DNA of 64,000 nt from Waterburya sp. (GTDB taxonomy: Bacteria; Cyanobacteriota; Cyanobacteriia; Cyanobacteriales; Xenococcaceae): contig CBDCJV010000002.1 in assembly GCA_965217895.1 (NCBI GenBank), forward strand, positions 4,704,001 through 4,768,000. Direction: 5' to 3'. The number at the start of each line of letters is the position of its first letter. The first letter of the stretch is position 1. The notes beneath the pieces are model-generated. The model was not told the origin of the DNA. It searched no databases and worked only from the letters and a program-made list of their open reading frames with translations. Position numbers and translations under genes: made by a program. Shown here in pieces: positions 10,157 to 22,931 of this stretch.

Positions 10157-11100
10157 AATTTATTTTGTCTATATTCGGACGCAGCAGGAGATTGAAATTC
10201 GATACTATCAATCATTTGTTGAGCAACAGCTTTTATTACAGGTACAGTAACGCTATTGCCTGTTTGTTTCCGAATTTGGGTATAAGGTACAACAATTTTA
10301 AAGTTATCGGGGAAACCTTGAAGACGAAGTAATTCTTTTGGGGTTAGCCTTCTAGTTCCATTTGCTAGAAGATAATTGTAAGATGCTCCTGCCCTCAATG
10401 CACAAGAATACTCAAGAGCAGAAATATTACCGCTTTTATTTTCATGCCAAATAGAAGGAATTGGATAGTTCGGTTTAACTTTTAACAGTCTTTTTTTCCT
10501 TATTTCTGGAGAAACAAAATATTTAGGATCAACTTTACCGTCATCTTCTAATACTGTTGATAGATTTGGTTTTATAGCAATTGGTTGGGGAAAAGTGAAT
10601 TTAATATTATCTTTAAATCCGACAATAATAGTCCGTTCTCTTTTTTGAGGAATTCCAAAATCCAGAGAGTTTAAAATTGTATAATGAACAAAATAACCTA
10701 TATTTTCTAAATGCTTAATGATAGTTTCAAATGTTCTTCCTTGATCGTGAGATTTTAAATTTTTTACATTTTCTAGTAGAAAAGCATAAGGCTTTTGAAT
10801 CTTGAGAATTTCTTCGATATTAAAAAATAAAGTTCCTCTTGTATCTGAAAAACCTTGTTGGTCGCCACAAATGCTAAATGCTTGACAAGGAAATCCTGCT
10901 AGCAAAATATCATGTTCTGGGATTGTTTCAGGTTTTATTTGAGTAATATCACCTTGAGGACGTTCGCCAAAATTAGCTTCATAGGTATCTTGAGCATATT
11001 TATCCCATTCTGATGAAAAAACGCATTCTCCGCCAACACTCTCAAAACCCAATCTAATTCCACCAATACCAGCAAATAGATCTATAAATCGAAACTTCAT
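10129..11100 (-). CDS. C5 DNA cytosine methyltransferase (M.HaeII-like)
   Basis: FAGIGG, GFPCQ, ENV, QKRER, RLQGFP, GNSV motifs; overlaps the endonuclease start. Confidence 0.95.
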   Translation of the reverse strand: MKFRFIDLFAGIGGIRLGFESVGGECVFSSEWDKYAQDTYEANFGERPQGDITQIKPETIPEHDILLAGFPCQAFSICGDQQGFSDTRGTLFFNIEEILKIQKPYAFLLENVKNLKSHDQGRTFETIIKHLENIGYFVHYTILNSLDFGIPQKRERTIIVGFKDNIKFTFPQPIAIKPNLSTVLEDDGKVDPKYFVSPEIRKKRLLKVKPNYPIPSIWHENKSGNISALEYSCALRAGASYNYLLANGTRRLTPKELLRLQGFPDNFKIVVPYTQIRKQTGNSVTVPVIKAVAQQMIDSIEFQSPAASEYRQNKLWKPVSPTI

Positions 11101-11269
11101 TAATTAACTTTTAAATTACCTGAGTCGTACTCATTTAGAACATTTGCAATTATACTGAATTCGATTTGCTATTGCACCCCCTAGCCTTTAAAAACAACTA
11201 ATTAGCAAGAGTGACGGCAATGAATATACAATAAGAAATTGCTAAAAACCCAACTCCACTGCTAGTCAA

Positions 11270-14002
11270 ATGACCGCAACTGACACCAATCTCTCTACTC
11301 AATACGATCCCAAGCAAACCGAAGCTAAATGGCAGCAATACTGGGCGGACAAGGAAGTATTCAAAGCCAATCCCAATGCTGAGGGCGAACCCTATTGCAT
11401 TGTCATTCCCCCGCCCAACGTTACGGGGAGTTTGCACATGGGACACGCTTTTGAGAGTGCGCTAATCGATACTTTAATTCGTTACCATCGCATGATTGGG
11501 CGCAATACCTTGTGGTTGCCTGGAACGGATCACGCGAGTATTGCGGTGAGTACGATTGTAGATAAGCAAATTAAAGACGAAGGTAAAAGCCGTGAAGATT
11601 TAGGACGAGAAGAGTATTTAAAACGGGCTTGGGCTTGGAAAGAGGAATCTGGGACGACGATTATTAATCAGTTGAAGAGTCTAGGGGTTTCTGCCGACTG
11701 GACAAGAGAAAGGTTTACGATGGATGAGGGTTTGTCTGATGCCGTAAAGACAGCCTTTGTTAAACTCTACAAAGAAGGTTTGATTTATCGCGGTAATTAT
11801 TTGGTTAACTGGTGTCCTGCATCCCTTTCGGCGGTATCGGATTTAGAAGCGGAGAATCAGGAGGTTGATGGGCATCTGTGGCATTTTCGTTATCCTCTGA
11901 CTGATGGAAGTGGTCATTTAGAAGTGGCAACTACTCGCCCTGAGACGATGTTGGGGGATACGGGAGTTGCGGTTAATCCGAACGATGAAAGGTATAAAGA
12001 TTATATTGGTAAAACAGTTACTTTACCGATAGTTGGACGCGAGATTCCGATTATTGGCGATGAATTTGTGGACATGGACTTTGGGACAGGATGCGTTAAA
12101 GTAACACCCGCACACGATCTTAATGACTTTGAGATGGGTAAACGCCATAACCTGCCGATGATTAACATCATGAATAAGGATGGTAGTCTCAATGAGAATG
12201 CAGGAGAGTTTCAGGGACTCGATCGCTTTGTTGCCCGCAAGAATGTGGTTAAAAAGCTAGAAGAGCTAGGTAATTTAGTAAAAATAGAAGACTATCGCCA
12301 TAGCGTTCCCTATAGCGATCGCGGTAAAGTACCTATAGAACCTTTATTATCAACTCAGTGGTTTGTCAAAATTGAACCGTTGTCGAGTAAAGCTTTAGCT
12401 TCTCTGGATAACGATAATTCTCCTAACTATGTCCCCGATAGATGGAAGAAGGTATATCGGGACTGGTTAGTTAAACTCAAAGACTGGTGTATCTCTCGTC
12501 AGCTATGGTGGGGTCATCAAATTCCTGCTTGGTATGTAGTGTCAGAAACAGGCAACGAAATTGCCGATCATACTCCGTATATTGTAGCTTACGATGAAAC
12601 GGAGGCAGAAACCAAAGCAAAAGAGAAGTACGGGAACAATATCAAGCTAGAACAAGATCCTGATGTCTTAGATACTTGGTTTTCTTCTGGTTTGTGGCCC
12701 TTTTCCACTATGGGCTGGCCCGAAAATACTGCGGACTTGGAGAAATATTATCCGACTTCTACTTTAGTTACAGGCTTTGATATCATCTTCTTTTGGGTGG
12801 CACGCATGACTATGATGGCGGGACACTTTACCGACAAGATGCCCTTTGATGATGTTTATATTCACGGCTTGGTTTTAGATGAAAACGGACAAAAAATGTC
12901 CAAGTCAAAAAATAACGGCATCGATCCTTTATTAATGATCGATAAATATGGTGCAGATGCGTTGCGTTACACCCTAATTACTAAAGTTGTAGGCGCGGGA
13001 CAAAATATTAGCTTTGATTATGACCGCAAAAAACAAGAATCATCTTCAGTTGAGGCTTCTCGTAACTTTGCCAACAAACTGTGGAATGCTTCGCGGTTTG
13101 TGATGATGAATCTAAAAAGGAAAACTCCCCAAGAATTAGTACAGCCAGACACCGCCTCTTTAGAATTGGTAGATAAATGGTTGCTGTCTCGTTTTTATCA
13201 AACCGTCAAACAAACCAAAGCTAATATTGAATCATACAGTTTGGGTGAAGCAGCTAAAGGTTTATATGAATTTATTTGGAATGATTTTTGTGACTGGTAT
13301 ATTGAATTAGTTAAAACCCGCCTTTGGCAAGACGATGCTTCAAAATCTCGCTTAGTAGCGCAGCAAACATTAGGTTATGTCCTTGAAGGAATACTTAAGC
13401 TGCTTCATCCCTTTATGCCTCATATTACCGAAGAAATCTGGCAAACTCTGACTCAAGCTGATGGTACACAAACCTTGGCACTACAAACTTATCCTCAAGT
13501 TGCCGAGAATTTGATTGATGCTGAATTAGAGCAAAACTTTGATTTACTTTTTAATACCATTGGCACTATTCGCAATTTACGTGCAGAATCGGTAATTAAG
13601 CCTGGAGATAAAATTAAGGTTATTCTCCAAACAGAAAACCAAAAAGAAAGTAATATTCTAAAATTAACCCAAAGTTATATCCAAGATATTGCTAAAGTCG
13701 GCGAGCTTATTATTACCTCCACTCTAACTGAAGATCCAGGACAGGTAATTGCAGGAGTAACAGGGACAGTGCAAATTTTGATTCCTCTTACTGGCTTGGT
13801 AGATGTAGCTGCACTAGAGGCTAAATTGCAGAAGAAATTAGATAAGGTAGAAAAAGATATCAAATCTCTTACTGGACGCTTAAATAATCCTGGTTTTGTC
13901 AATAAAGCACCCGAAGAGGTTATTGAAGGTGCAAAAGCAGATTTGGCAGAGGCACAAAAACAAGCAGAAATATTACGGGAGCGTTTAGATCGTTTAAAGT
14001 AA
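11270..14002 (+). CDS. valS: Valine--tRNA ligase
   Basis: [31 protein letters not shown]-terminal coiled coil. Confidence 0.99.
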   Translation: MTATDTNLSTQYDPKQTEAKWQQYWADKEVFKANPNAEGEPYCIVIPPPNVTGSLHMGHAFESALIDTLIRYHRMIGRNTLWLPGTDHASIAVSTIVDKQIKDEGKSREDLGREEYLKRAWAWKEESGTTIINQLKSLGVSADWTRERFTMDEGLSDAVKTAFVKLYKEGLIYRGNYLVNWCPASLSAVSDLEAENQEVDGHLWHFRYPLTDGSGHLEVATTRPETMLGDTGVAVNPNDERYKDYIGKTVTLPIVGREIPIIGDEFVDMDFGTGCVKVTPAHDLNDFEMGKRHNLPMINIMNKDGSLNENAGEFQGLDRFVARKNVVKKLEELGNLVKIEDYRHSVPYSDRGKVPIEPLLSTQWFVKIEPLSSKALASLDNDNSPNYVPDRWKKVYRDWLVKLKDWCISRQLWWGHQIPAWYVVSETGNEIADHTPYIVAYDETEAETKAKEKYGNNIKLEQDPDVLDTWFSSGLWPFSTMGWPENTADLEKYYPTSTLVTGFDIIFFWVARMTMMAGHFTDKMPFDDVYIHGLVLDENGQKMSKSKNNGIDPLLMIDKYGADALRYTLITKVVGAGQNISFDYDRKKQESSSVEASRNFANKLWNASRFVMMNLKRKTPQELVQPDTASLELVDKWLLSRFYQTVKQTKANIESYSLGEAAKGLYEFIWNDFCDWYIELVKTRLWQDDASKSRLVAQQTLGYVLEGILKLLHPFMPHITEEIWQTLTQADGTQTLALQTYPQVAENLIDAELEQNFDLLFNTIGTIRNLRAESVIKPGDKIKVILQTENQKESNILKLTQSYIQDIAKVGELIITSTLTEDPGQVIAGVTGTVQILIPLTGLVDVAALEAKLQKKLDKVEKDIKSLTGRLNNPGFVNKAPEEVIEGAKADLAEAQKQAEILRERLDRLK

Positions 14003-14057
14003 AAGTATCATTGAATGAGCTAACCAACTACATCCATGTTCAAGACTCTTAAAAGCC

Positions 14058-14504
14058 ATGTTATACCTAGCTCAAGTTGAAATTAACCCTGATTTGGGAG
14101 AAATACAGCTACAGGTACTTGCTCGCCAAGAATCGGAATATGTCTGGGAAGTGGATAATTCTGAAACTTTACTTTTAACTAAAGAAAGTTCCTTGTGTGC
14201 GGGAGTGTTGGTATTGGTAGAAATAGGTCAAGATCAACAGATAATTAGCATTCAAGAGGCTAAAGACTGGATTTTGAGCATTTTACAGCAGCATTTGACT
14301 AAAAATGCCATTAATCCTCAGTTTATCAAAACAGAACAAAGTAAAGTCGAATCATGGCGACAGGAAATCACCGCTCAAAATCTTGAGCTAAATCGCCGTG
14401 CGCTAGAAATAGAAACCCGTCGCGAACAATTACAAGAATTGGAACAAGAGTTGAAGCGCGATAAGGAAGAGTTGGATAGGTTAAAGGAGCAATTAAGTAA
14501 GTAA
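14058..14504 (+). CDS. Hypothetical protein with C-terminal coiled coil
   Basis: 148 aa, MLYLAQV start, ESWRQEIT...RRALEIETRREQLQELE. Confidence 0.75.
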   Translation: MLYLAQVEINPDLGEIQLQVLARQESEYVWEVDNSETLLLTKESSLCAGVLVLVEIGQDQQIISIQEAKDWILSILQQHLTKNAINPQFIKTEQSKVESWRQEITAQNLELNRRALEIETRREQLQELEQELKRDKEELDRLKEQLSK

Positions 14505-14527
14505 TAAGTAACAAGTAATAAGTAAAT

Positions 14528-14831
14528 AGGACTTACGCAGTTTAACGAGTTTTGCCCCCCTAGCCCCCCAAGTTTGGGGGAACAAGAATTAAAAGTCCCC
14601 CTCTCGCGCATTCCCAAGTCCGCGTGGCTTCCCGTTTAGGGATGCCCTCGTGTCGGACGCTTGCGCCTGACGGCGACGCGGTGAAGCAGTTGCGGTGGTG
14701 AGACACTTGCGTTGCGGAGGTATCCTCCGTTGAGCAAAGTGTCGAAAGGGTTCCCTGGCATAAGCAAACTGCTGAACCATGCGCGGGGGTCGCTCGCCTT
14801 GGGGGATTTAGGGGGCAAGTGCGTAAGTCCT
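14528..14831. mobile_element. Composite MITE with nested small repeats
   Basis: Perfect 12-bp termini AGGACTTACGCA/TGCGTAAGTCCT; flanking 7-bp direct repeat AGTAAAT (14521-14527, 14832-14838); GC-rich nested palindromes inside. Confidence 0.85.
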
Positions 14832-14910
14832 AGTAAATTGATAGGCTTGAGAGGAAAGTGTAAATAGTAATTAAATTATCTTAATAATTGCCATAACATA
14901 GATATTAATT

Positions 14911-15213
14911 ATGAATAACGAAGAAATAAAACAAATTATCTCAACTATACTTCAAGGTCAAAAAGAAATACAAATTGCTCAAGTTAATCTGGCACAGAGA
15001 ATCAATGAAACTAATGAAACAGTAAATAATTTAGCAACTACTATTAATTCGTTGGCTCAAGTAACTCAAAGTCATCAAGTAACCATTCAAAGAATTACTG
15101 GTGAAGGATTAATTAGAGATGCTGATTTGAGTCTTAATAATCAACGTTTTATTCGCATTGAACAACGATTAGAAAGGATAGAAAATTTATTGAGAGGTAG
15201 AGACAATAATTAA
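14911..15213 (+). CDS. Hypothetical coiled-coil protein
   Basis: 100-aa AT-rich ORF, Q/N/I-rich heptads. Confidence 0.6.
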   Translation: MNNEEIKQIISTILQGQKEIQIAQVNLAQRINETNETVNNLATTINSLAQVTQSHQVTIQRITGEGLIRDADLSLNNQRFIRIEQRLERIENLLRGRDNN

Positions 15214-15300
15214 TCTTGCTCGGTATAGTAAATAAAATTAAGCCAGGAAAAACTTACAAAGTAAGGAGATTATTTACCTAATTTATTACTTAAACAAACA

Positions 15301-16434
15301 ATGCTTAACTTCGCTAAACCCTTTTATCCTTTACTACTTTCTTCTGTCAAAAGCGATCCTGAGACAGCTCATCGCCAGATGCTCAAGGCGTTGAATAACC
15401 TGGAATTAAATCGTCATTCTATCTGGGGTAGTTTGGCTATTAAACAGTTAGAAAAGTCTTTTTGTGTCCAAGATACTCGTCTGCAACAAACCCTTTGGGG
15501 ACTAAATTTTAACAATCCTTTTGGTTTAGCAGCAGGGTTTGATAAAGATGGCACGGCAGCAGGAATGTGGAGTAGTTTTGGCTTTGGTTTTGCAGAATTA
15601 GGTGCAGTTACCTTACATTCTCAGTCAGGAAACCCTCGTCCGCGGATGTTTCGCCTCCCTGAAGATAAAGCAGCACTTAATCGCATGGGTGCAAATAATT
15701 TGGGTGCAGCAGTAATGGCAGATACCCTAGCTCAAACTTGGAAACGACAACCCCGTAAGATTCCTATTGGCATCAATTTGTGTAAATCGAAAATTGCTTC
15801 TTTAGAAGACGCAGCAGCAGATTACGTAGGCAGCTTTAAATATCTAAAGAATGTGGCAGATTACTTTGTAATTAATGTAAGTTCACCCAATACCCCAGGA
15901 TTGCGATCGCTCCAGGCTGGGGAACAATTAGAACCTATCTTATCAGCTTTACAGACAGCAAATACTCAAGGTAAACCTATTTTAATTAAAATCGCTCCCG
16001 ATCTCGAATGGCAAGATATTAAAGAAATTCTAAATTTAGCAACTAGCTACAATCTTTCTGGCATTATCGCCACTAACACTACTATTCGCCGTGATGGTTT
16101 GAATACAAATGTTTTAAAAGAGACAGGCAACAGTATTAAAGACGAAGCAGGAGGAATTAGCGGTTTACCTGTGAAGCAACGCTCTACTGAAGTAATTAGA
16201 TTTATTTATCAGGAAACAAACGGTAATTTACCAATTATTGGCGTTGGCGGAATTTTTGATGCCGATGATGCTTGGTCAAAGATAATTGCTGGGGCAAGTA
16301 TACTGCAAGTATATACTGGCTGGGTTTATGAAGGACCTTGGATGGTCAAGAATGTGTTATCTGGCTTGTTAGCTAAATTAGATGAACAAGGATTAGATAA
16401 CATTAAAAATGCGGTAGGTTTAGAGCATTTATAA
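15301..16434 (+). CDS. pyrD: Dihydroorotate dehydrogenase (quinone)
   Basis: [40 protein letters not shown]. Confidence 0.97.
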   Translation: MLNFAKPFYPLLLSSVKSDPETAHRQMLKALNNLELNRHSIWGSLAIKQLEKSFCVQDTRLQQTLWGLNFNNPFGLAAGFDKDGTAAGMWSSFGFGFAELGAVTLHSQSGNPRPRMFRLPEDKAALNRMGANNLGAAVMADTLAQTWKRQPRKIPIGINLCKSKIASLEDAAADYVGSFKYLKNVADYFVINVSSPNTPGLRSLQAGEQLEPILSALQTANTQGKPILIKIAPDLEWQDIKEILNLATSYNLSGIIATNTTIRRDGLNTNVLKETGNSIKDEAGGISGLPVKQRSTEVIRFIYQETNGNLPIIGVGGIFDADDAWSKIIAGASILQVYTGWVYEGPWMVKNVLSGLLAKLDEQGLDNIKNAVGLEHL

Positions 16435-16441
16435 GTACGTT

Positions 16442-16924
16442 ATGGAAGAAATATTAGAGTTAAAAGACTGTTTACTTAATCAACAATACGATCGCGCCTT
16501 TGCCATAGTAGAAGAATTAGAAATGATGGGGAGACAAGATAAGATTAATAACTTAGAGTCTTTTCTAGTAATCTTATCGATCCATTTAATTAAGATTCAA
16601 GTGGAAGGAAGGGTAACAAGAAGTTGGAAAAATTCTCTTAGTAACAGCCTTCTTGCAATTCAAAAACGGAATAGACTTGGCAAAAAATCTTACTATGTTA
16701 AGCAAGATGACTGGGATGAATATATATTAGATTGTCAATTTGAAGCGGTTTTAGGTGCTGCAAAAGAAATTTTTGAGGGGATTAATTATCAAGAATTAGA
16801 AAAGTTAGTTGATTTAGAGCAATTGATGATAGTTAGCAATGAATTATTGGCTTTAACTTATAGCAAGAGTTCAAGAGAAATAATGGAAGCGATTGATTTT
16901 AAGTTTCCAGTTAAATATCATTAA
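16442..16924 (+). CDS. DUF29-like protein
   Basis: MEEILELK...VEELEMMGRQDKINNLESFL...HLIK...TRSWKNS. Confidence 0.75.
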   Translation: MEEILELKDCLLNQQYDRAFAIVEELEMMGRQDKINNLESFLVILSIHLIKIQVEGRVTRSWKNSLSNSLLAIQKRNRLGKKSYYVKQDDWDEYILDCQFEAVLGAAKEIFEGINYQELEKLVDLEQLMIVSNELLALTYSKSSREIMEAIDFKFPVKYH

Positions 16925-17052
16925 ATTAGCGATCGCCTGACTATAATTATGATAGTGCGATCGCTTTTTAGATTCAACTTTGCTTAGTTTAGAGTTTATT
17001 TAAGAAAATGTTATTGTAAACTAGATTTTGCTCATGATGTGAGAGGGGAACA

Positions 17053-17454
17053 ATGGAGATAGAATATCCAGAAGATTTAAAATATCTAGATAGCCACGAA
17101 TATGTCCGTTTTGATGGTGAAGTTGCCACAATTGGAGTTAGTGCTTTTGCACTCGATCAGTTGGGAGATGTGGTTTTTTTGGAACTTCCAGAAGTGGGTG
17201 ATGCTGTAGAGGTAGGAGAAACTCTGGGAACAATTGAATCTGTCAAGGCGGTAGAAGATTTATATCCACCAGTTTCGGGGACGGTAATCGAGCGCAACGA
17301 AACTGCTATTGATGCACCAGAGACTTTGGCTGTAGATCCTTACGGAGAAGGCTGGTTAATTAAGGTAAAAGTCGATAACCCTGATGATGAGCTAGAAGAT
17401 GCTCTTACTGCTGCGGAATATCGCGCTCAGGTAGAAGGAATGGAGCAGGATTAA
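17053..17454 (+). CDS. gcvH: Glycine cleavage system H protein
   Basis: Lipoyl motif [28 protein letters not shown]. Confidence 0.97.
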   Translation: MEIEYPEDLKYLDSHEYVRFDGEVATIGVSAFALDQLGDVVFLELPEVGDAVEVGETLGTIESVKAVEDLYPPVSGTVIERNETAIDAPETLAVDPYGEGWLIKVKVDNPDDELEDALTAAEYRAQVEGMEQD

Positions 17455-17657
17455 AGAAAGTTGGTTTGGTTGATTTGAGAAAAGTTAGTCGTTTTTGCTT
17501 ACCGAGTAGAATAATTCGGTAAATTCCTGGTAGACAAACTTCTTTTAATAGGTAAAACTTGTTAATATTTATTACAAATCGCTAATAAAAGTGGTTACGC
17601 CAATCAACTGGCGTTTTGCCACTATTTTTTTACCTAAAAATAGTATTTTTCATTGAT

Positions 17658-20585
17658 ATGGTTAATTTAAACTTTGCTTTGGAATCCCGAACTTCAGAAT
17701 TTCCGCCAGGCAATAGCAATAAATCTTCTAGTCAAAAAACTAGTTCCTTTGATACTAGACACATTGGAGTAAACCCGCAGCAAATTCAACAGATGTTGCA
17801 GGTGCTAGGGATTGAAAGCTTAGAGCAATTAATCGATCAAACTGTCCCCGCAGCAATTCGTCTTAATAAGCCATTACAGCTACCCGTAGCCAAAAGCGAG
17901 TCGGCTGCCTTAGCTAGATTAAAAGCGATCGCCTCAAATAACCAAGTATATCGCTCTTTTATCGGCATGGGTTATTACAATTGCCTGACTCCTCCAGTAA
18001 TTTTGCGTAATGTCTTAGAAAATCCTGGCTGGTATACTTCCTACACTCCTTATCAGGCAGAAATTGCCCAGGGAAGATTAGAAGCATTGCTCAATTTCCA
18101 AACTATGATTATCGATCTAACGGGTTTAGAAATTGCCAATTCTTCTCTTTTGGATGAAGGTACGGCAGCAGCAGAAGCGATGGCTATGAGTTATGGACTG
18201 TGTAAAACTAAAGCCAACGCTTTTTTTGTAGATGCAGGTTGTCATCCCCAAACCATAGAAGTAATTAAAACTCGTGCTTTGCCTTTAGGTATTGAGGTAA
18301 TTATTGACGACTATGCCAAGTTTGATTTCTCTACCCCAATTTTTGGTGCGTTGTTACAGTATCCCGCTACTGACGGCACGATTAAAGATTATCGCTCTTT
18401 TATCGAACAGGTACACGAAGCCAAGGCGTTAGCTACTGTAGCAGCAGATATTCTTAGCTTAACCTTGTTAACTCCTCCTGGAGAATTTGGGGCGGATATT
18501 GCGGTGGGAAGTACCCAAAGATTTGGTGTTCCCTTGGGTTACGGTGGCCCTCATGCAGCTTATTTTGCTACTAAAGAAAAATATCAAAGACAAGTACCAG
18601 GACGTATTGTCGGGGTTTCTAAAGATGTCCACGGTAAACCTGCCTTACGTTTGGCATTACAAACCAGAGAGCAGCATATTCGCCGTGAAAAAGCCACCAG
18701 CAATATTTGCACTGCACAGGTTTTGTTGGCGGTAATTGCGTCAATGTACGGAGTGTATCATGGTGCAGCAGGAATCAAGGCGATCGCCCTAAGAGTTCAT
18801 CAGCTTACAGTTGCTTTAGCAGCAGGATTACAGCAGCTTGGTTATGAGATTCAAACTAAAAGTTTCTTTGATACTATTTGCGTCAGTACAGGAGGCAGAA
18901 ACGCTGCGGATATTATTAAAATTGCTGCGGATAAGCAAATGAATCTTCGCTGGCTAGATGACAAGGCAGTAGGCATATCTTTTGATGAAACCACTACCGA
19001 ACAAGATTTGATCGACCTGTGGCAAATCTTTGTAGGGAAAACAGAATTACCGTTTAGCTTCGATCAATTACTCGATCATCAAAGCTCAACCATCAAAGAG
19101 CAACAGCTACGCACAACTCCTTACTTAACAGAGTCAGTATTTAACCGTTATCACTCGGAAACCGAACTGCTACGCTATCTTCATCAGCTAGAAACCAAGG
19201 ACTTATCTTTAACTACTTCGATGATTCCTTTAGGCTCTTGTACCATGAAACTTAACGCCACAGCAGAAATGATTCCTGTTACCTGGGCAGAATTTGGTAA
19301 CATCCATCCTTTCGCACCTTTAGAACAAGCTCAGGGCTATCAGCAGCTATTTGCTGAATTGGAACAGTGGCTAGCTGAAATTACAGGCTTTGCGGGTATT
19401 TCCTTACAGCCAAATGCTGGTTCACAAGGAGAATATGCGGGGTTGCAGGTAATCCGTAAATATCATCAAGATCGAGGGGAAGAACATCGCCATATCTGTT
19501 TGATTCCTGAGTCGGCACACGGTACAAACCCCGCGAGTGCGGTCATGTGTGGCATGAAAGTAGTAGCAGTAAAATGCGATCGCGATGGTAATATTGATGT
19601 CAAAGATCTACAAACCAAAGCAGAAAAGCACAAGGAAAACTTAGCAGCTTTGATGGTTACTTATCCTTCAACTCACGGGGTGTTTGAGGCGGAAATAAAA
19701 AGTATCTGTGCCGTGGTTCATCAACACGGTGGACAGGTATACATGGATGGGGCAAACATGAATGCCCAAGTAGGCTTGTGTCGCCCTGGAGATTTCGGAG
19801 CGGATGTCTGTCACCTCAACTTACACAAAACCTTCTGTATTCCTCATGGTGGTGGTGGCCCTGGAGTTGGCCCGATTGGCGTAATGTCTCATTTAGTGCC
19901 TTTTTTACCTGCTACTCCCAAAACCAACGAAGATTCCAAACCTATCGGTGCGATCTCGGCTGCGCCTTGGGGAAGTGCCAGTATTTTAACTATTTCCTGG
20001 ATGTATATCGCCATGATGGGAGAAGCTGGCTTAACTCAGGCAACTAAAGTGGCAATTCTTAATGCTAACTATATGGCAAAGCGTCTCGAACCATATTATT
20101 CAGTGCTATTCAAGGGAGAAGCTGGCTTTGTAGCTCACGAATGTATTATTGATTTGCGTCCCCTTAAAAAACGCGCTCAGGTTGAAGTAGATGATGTAGC
20201 CAAAAGACTAATGGACTTTGGTTTTCATGCGCCTACCGTATCTTGGCCCGTAATTGGCACGGTAATGATCGAACCAACTGAAAGTGAATCCAAAGAGCAG
20301 TTAGACCGTTATTGTGATGCCATGATTGCCATCTATCAAGAGGCAGAAGCGATCGCTAATGGGTCAATAGATCCAGCCAATAACCCTTTGAAAAATGCTC
20401 CTCATACTGCCCAATCTTTAATTTGCGGTGAATGGTCACATCCCTATAGTCGAGAGGAGGCAGCCTACCCTGCACCCTGGACAAAAGAACATAAATATTG
20501 GACTCCTGTTGGCAGAATTAATAATGCCTATGGCGATCGCAATTTGGTATGTTCCTGTGAGGGAATGGAGGCATATAAGGAATAA
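17658..20585 (+). CDS. gcvP: Glycine dehydrogenase (decarboxylating), P protein
   Basis: [47 protein letters not shown] 17658 preferred over TTG 17616. Confidence 0.98.
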   Translation: MVNLNFALESRTSEFPPGNSNKSSSQKTSSFDTRHIGVNPQQIQQMLQVLGIESLEQLIDQTVPAAIRLNKPLQLPVAKSESAALARLKAIASNNQVYRSFIGMGYYNCLTPPVILRNVLENPGWYTSYTPYQAEIAQGRLEALLNFQTMIIDLTGLEIANSSLLDEGTAAAEAMAMSYGLCKTKANAFFVDAGCHPQTIEVIKTRALPLGIEVIIDDYAKFDFSTPIFGALLQYPATDGTIKDYRSFIEQVHEAKALATVAADILSLTLLTPPGEFGADIAVGSTQRFGVPLGYGGPHAAYFATKEKYQRQVPGRIVGVSKDVHGKPALRLALQTREQHIRREKATSNICTAQVLLAVIASMYGVYHGAAGIKAIALRVHQLTVALAAGLQQLGYEIQTKSFFDTICVSTGGRNAADIIKIAADKQMNLRWLDDKAVGISFDETTTEQDLIDLWQIFVGKTELPFSFDQLLDHQSSTIKEQQLRTTPYLTESVFNRYHSETELLRYLHQLETKDLSLTTSMIPLGSCTMKLNATAEMIPVTWAEFGNIHPFAPLEQAQGYQQLFAELEQWLAEITGFAGISLQPNAGSQGEYAGLQVIRKYHQDRGEEHRHICLIPESAHGTNPASAVMCGMKVVAVKCDRDGNIDVKDLQTKAEKHKENLAALMVTYPSTHGVFEAEIKSICAVVHQHGGQVYMDGANMNAQVGLCRPGDFGADVCHLNLHKTFCIPHGGGGPGVGPIGVMSHLVPFLPATPKTNEDSKPIGAISAAPWGSASILTISWMYIAMMGEAGLTQATKVAILNANYMAKRLEPYYSVLFKGEAGFVAHECIIDLRPLKKRAQVEVDDVAKRLMDFGFHAPTVSWPVIGTVMIEPTESESKEQLDRYCDAMIAIYQEAEAIANGSIDPANNPLKNAPHTAQSLICGEWSHPYSREEAAYPAPWTKEHKYWTPVGRINNAYGDRNLVCSCEGMEAYKE

Positions 20586-20693
20586 ATATTTATTCCAGAA
20601 ATTTACTCAGTTTTTAGTAATAGCTTCCTGAATACATCATAAATCCGTACTTTTGTTTTCTAGGAAGCATTATTAAACTAGTAAAGCTAAAAT

Positions 20694-21161
20694 ATGAGCG
20701 TGGATTCCACTTTCTCAAAGATCCCTTTTTCTTTGCCTCCAGTTTTAGTCGTAGAGTCAAAAAATTTAATTACTAATTTTAATCATTTGGCAGAAAATTT
20801 GCTGCTAGAAATCGCCATACTCTTTAAAATAGTTATTGAATCTATTGCCTTACTTATACTCGCTTTGGCAATTGTCAGAGCAGTAAAAAGATTGCTTTGG
20901 CACAGTCATAAAATCGAGCGAGAAGAAAAACTCAGCCAAGTCAGACTAGATTTAGGCAAAGCACTAGCATTATCTTTAGAATTTTTATTAGCAGCCGACA
21001 TTGTGGCTACAGCAGTATCTCCAAGCTGGAATGCGGTGGGTAAATTAGCAGCAATTTCGGCTATAAGAACTTTTCTCAACTTTTTCTTGGAAAGAGAAGT
21101 TAGATTATTAGCCAAAGAAAAACCGATCAAGTCACCAAAGATAAAAAAGCCAGATTATTAA
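20694..21161 (+). CDS. DUF1622 membrane protein
   Basis: RLDLGKALALSLEFLLAADIVATAVSPSW...IRTFLNFFLERE. Confidence 0.85.
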   Translation: MSVDSTFSKIPFSLPPVLVVESKNLITNFNHLAENLLLEIAILFKIVIESIALLILALAIVRAVKRLLWHSHKIEREEKLSQVRLDLGKALALSLEFLLAADIVATAVSPSWNAVGKLAAISAIRTFLNFFLEREVRLLAKEKPIKSPKIKKPDY

Positions 21162-21177
21162 TCTACAAACATTAAAA

Positions 21178-21206
21178 AGAGACGCTCTCGAATCAAGAAC
21201 GTCTCT
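21178..21206. terminator. Probable bidirectional terminator hairpin between convergent genes
   Basis: agagacg…cgtctct inverted repeat preceded by an A-run. Confidence 0.55.
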
Positions 21207-21226
21207 AACCAATTTTAATTACCTGC

Positions 21227-21550
<324 letters not shown>

Positions 21551-21917
21551 TTAATTCGTGCTTAGTTGGGAAGTTCTACTTATTTTGTTAATAATTTAAT
21601 TAAAATAAGTTTTTTCCTCGTTCAAAAAGCCTCATGTTTGATACTAAGGGAAAAATACTAATTATTGTGCGTGCATTAGCAATGAGATTTGTTATTTATC
21701 GTAAAATAAGTTTTTCTTATCTATGAAGCTGCGGTGAGAATACTTTGAGTTGAAAATTTTCAATGACCCCAAAACTACCAAATAGCAATCATTCTTTCGG
21801 CATAAAATCTAGGAAAAAGAATCTTAATTTTCCCTGAAAATAACTATTAATTATAGTTATACCTGTGATTGATGATTTGTACTTACAGTATAAGTAAAAT
21901 AAGCTCATATTGTTTTT

Positions 21918-22907
21918 ATGTATACAGAAGTATTTCCACCCTTAAAAGTTGGCATAGTTGGTACTGGATACGCTGCCAGAAAAAGAGCCGAGGCATTAAT
22001 AGCTGACAAGCGCACCGAACTAGTAGCTGTGACAGGAAATACCCCTGAAAGGTTAAAAGAGTTTTGCCAATCTTTTGCTGTAGAAGCAATAGATTCTTGG
22101 ACAAGATTAATTGATTTGCCTGAACTAGATCTGATTATCGTTTGTACGATCAATCGGGATTGCGGAGTGATCGCTAAAGGAGCTATATTAGCAGGAAAGC
22201 ACGTAGTCGTAGAATATCCTTTGGTTTTAGATGCCAAAGAAGCTCAAGAGATTATAGAACTTGCTGAATCTCGTCGAAAGTTACTCCACGTTGAGCATAT
22301 AGAAATCATTGGCGGACTGCATCAAGCTGTCAAACAATGTTTGCCACAAATAGGCAAAGTTTTTTACGCTCGTTACTCGACAATTCGCGCCGAACATCCT
22401 GTTAGCCGTAGCTGGAAATATCACCGAGCCATGTTTGGTTTTCCTTTAGCAGCAGCATTATCGAGGATTCATCGCCTGACAGATTTGTTTGGCACAGTGG
22501 AAGCGGTAGCTTGTCAAAACCGTTATTGGGATATACCAGGTTCAGACTACTTTACTGCTTGTCTGTGTAATGCTCAGTTAAATTTTCATAGCGGTATCGT
22601 GGCAGAAATTGTCTATGGTAAAGGGGATGTTTTTTGGCAAAGCGATCGCCTTTTAGAAATTTATGGCGAAAACGGATCTATCGTTTTTACAGGGGAAAAA
22701 GGAACGTTAACCGTGGAGGGAAATAAAACAGCAATTCCCGTTACTCCTCGCCGTGGTTTATTTGCCCAAGATACAGATATGGTTTTAAATTGCCTGTTAA
22801 ATCAGCAACCTTTATATATTCAACCCCAAGCTAGTCTTTATGCTTTGCAAGTGGCGAACGCTGCTTTAAAATCTTCCCGTCTACACCAAACAGTTCATCT
22901 TAATTAA
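21918..22907 (+). CDS. bvdR: Gfo/Idh/MocA oxidoreductase, probable biliverdin reductase
   Basis: VGIVGTGYAA, GKHVVVEYP, LHVEHIE, FGFPLAAALSRIHRL. Confidence 0.75.
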   Translation: MYTEVFPPLKVGIVGTGYAARKRAEALIADKRTELVAVTGNTPERLKEFCQSFAVEAIDSWTRLIDLPELDLIIVCTINRDCGVIAKGAILAGKHVVVEYPLVLDAKEAQEIIELAESRRKLLHVEHIEIIGGLHQAVKQCLPQIGKVFYARYSTIRAEHPVSRSWKYHRAMFGFPLAAALSRIHRLTDLFGTVEAVACQNRYWDIPGSDYFTACLCNAQLNFHSGIVAEIVYGKGDVFWQSDRLLEIYGENGSIVFTGEKGTLTVEGNKTAIPVTPRRGLFAQDTDMVLNCLLNQQPLYIQPQASLYALQVANAALKSSRLHQTVHLN

Positions 22908-22931
22908 GTTATAAGAAAGCAAAAATAAAGA

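Noticed and set aside
14375..14818. Three short minus-strand ORFs
   Set aside because: They arise from the GC-rich nested repeat element; no transposase motifs
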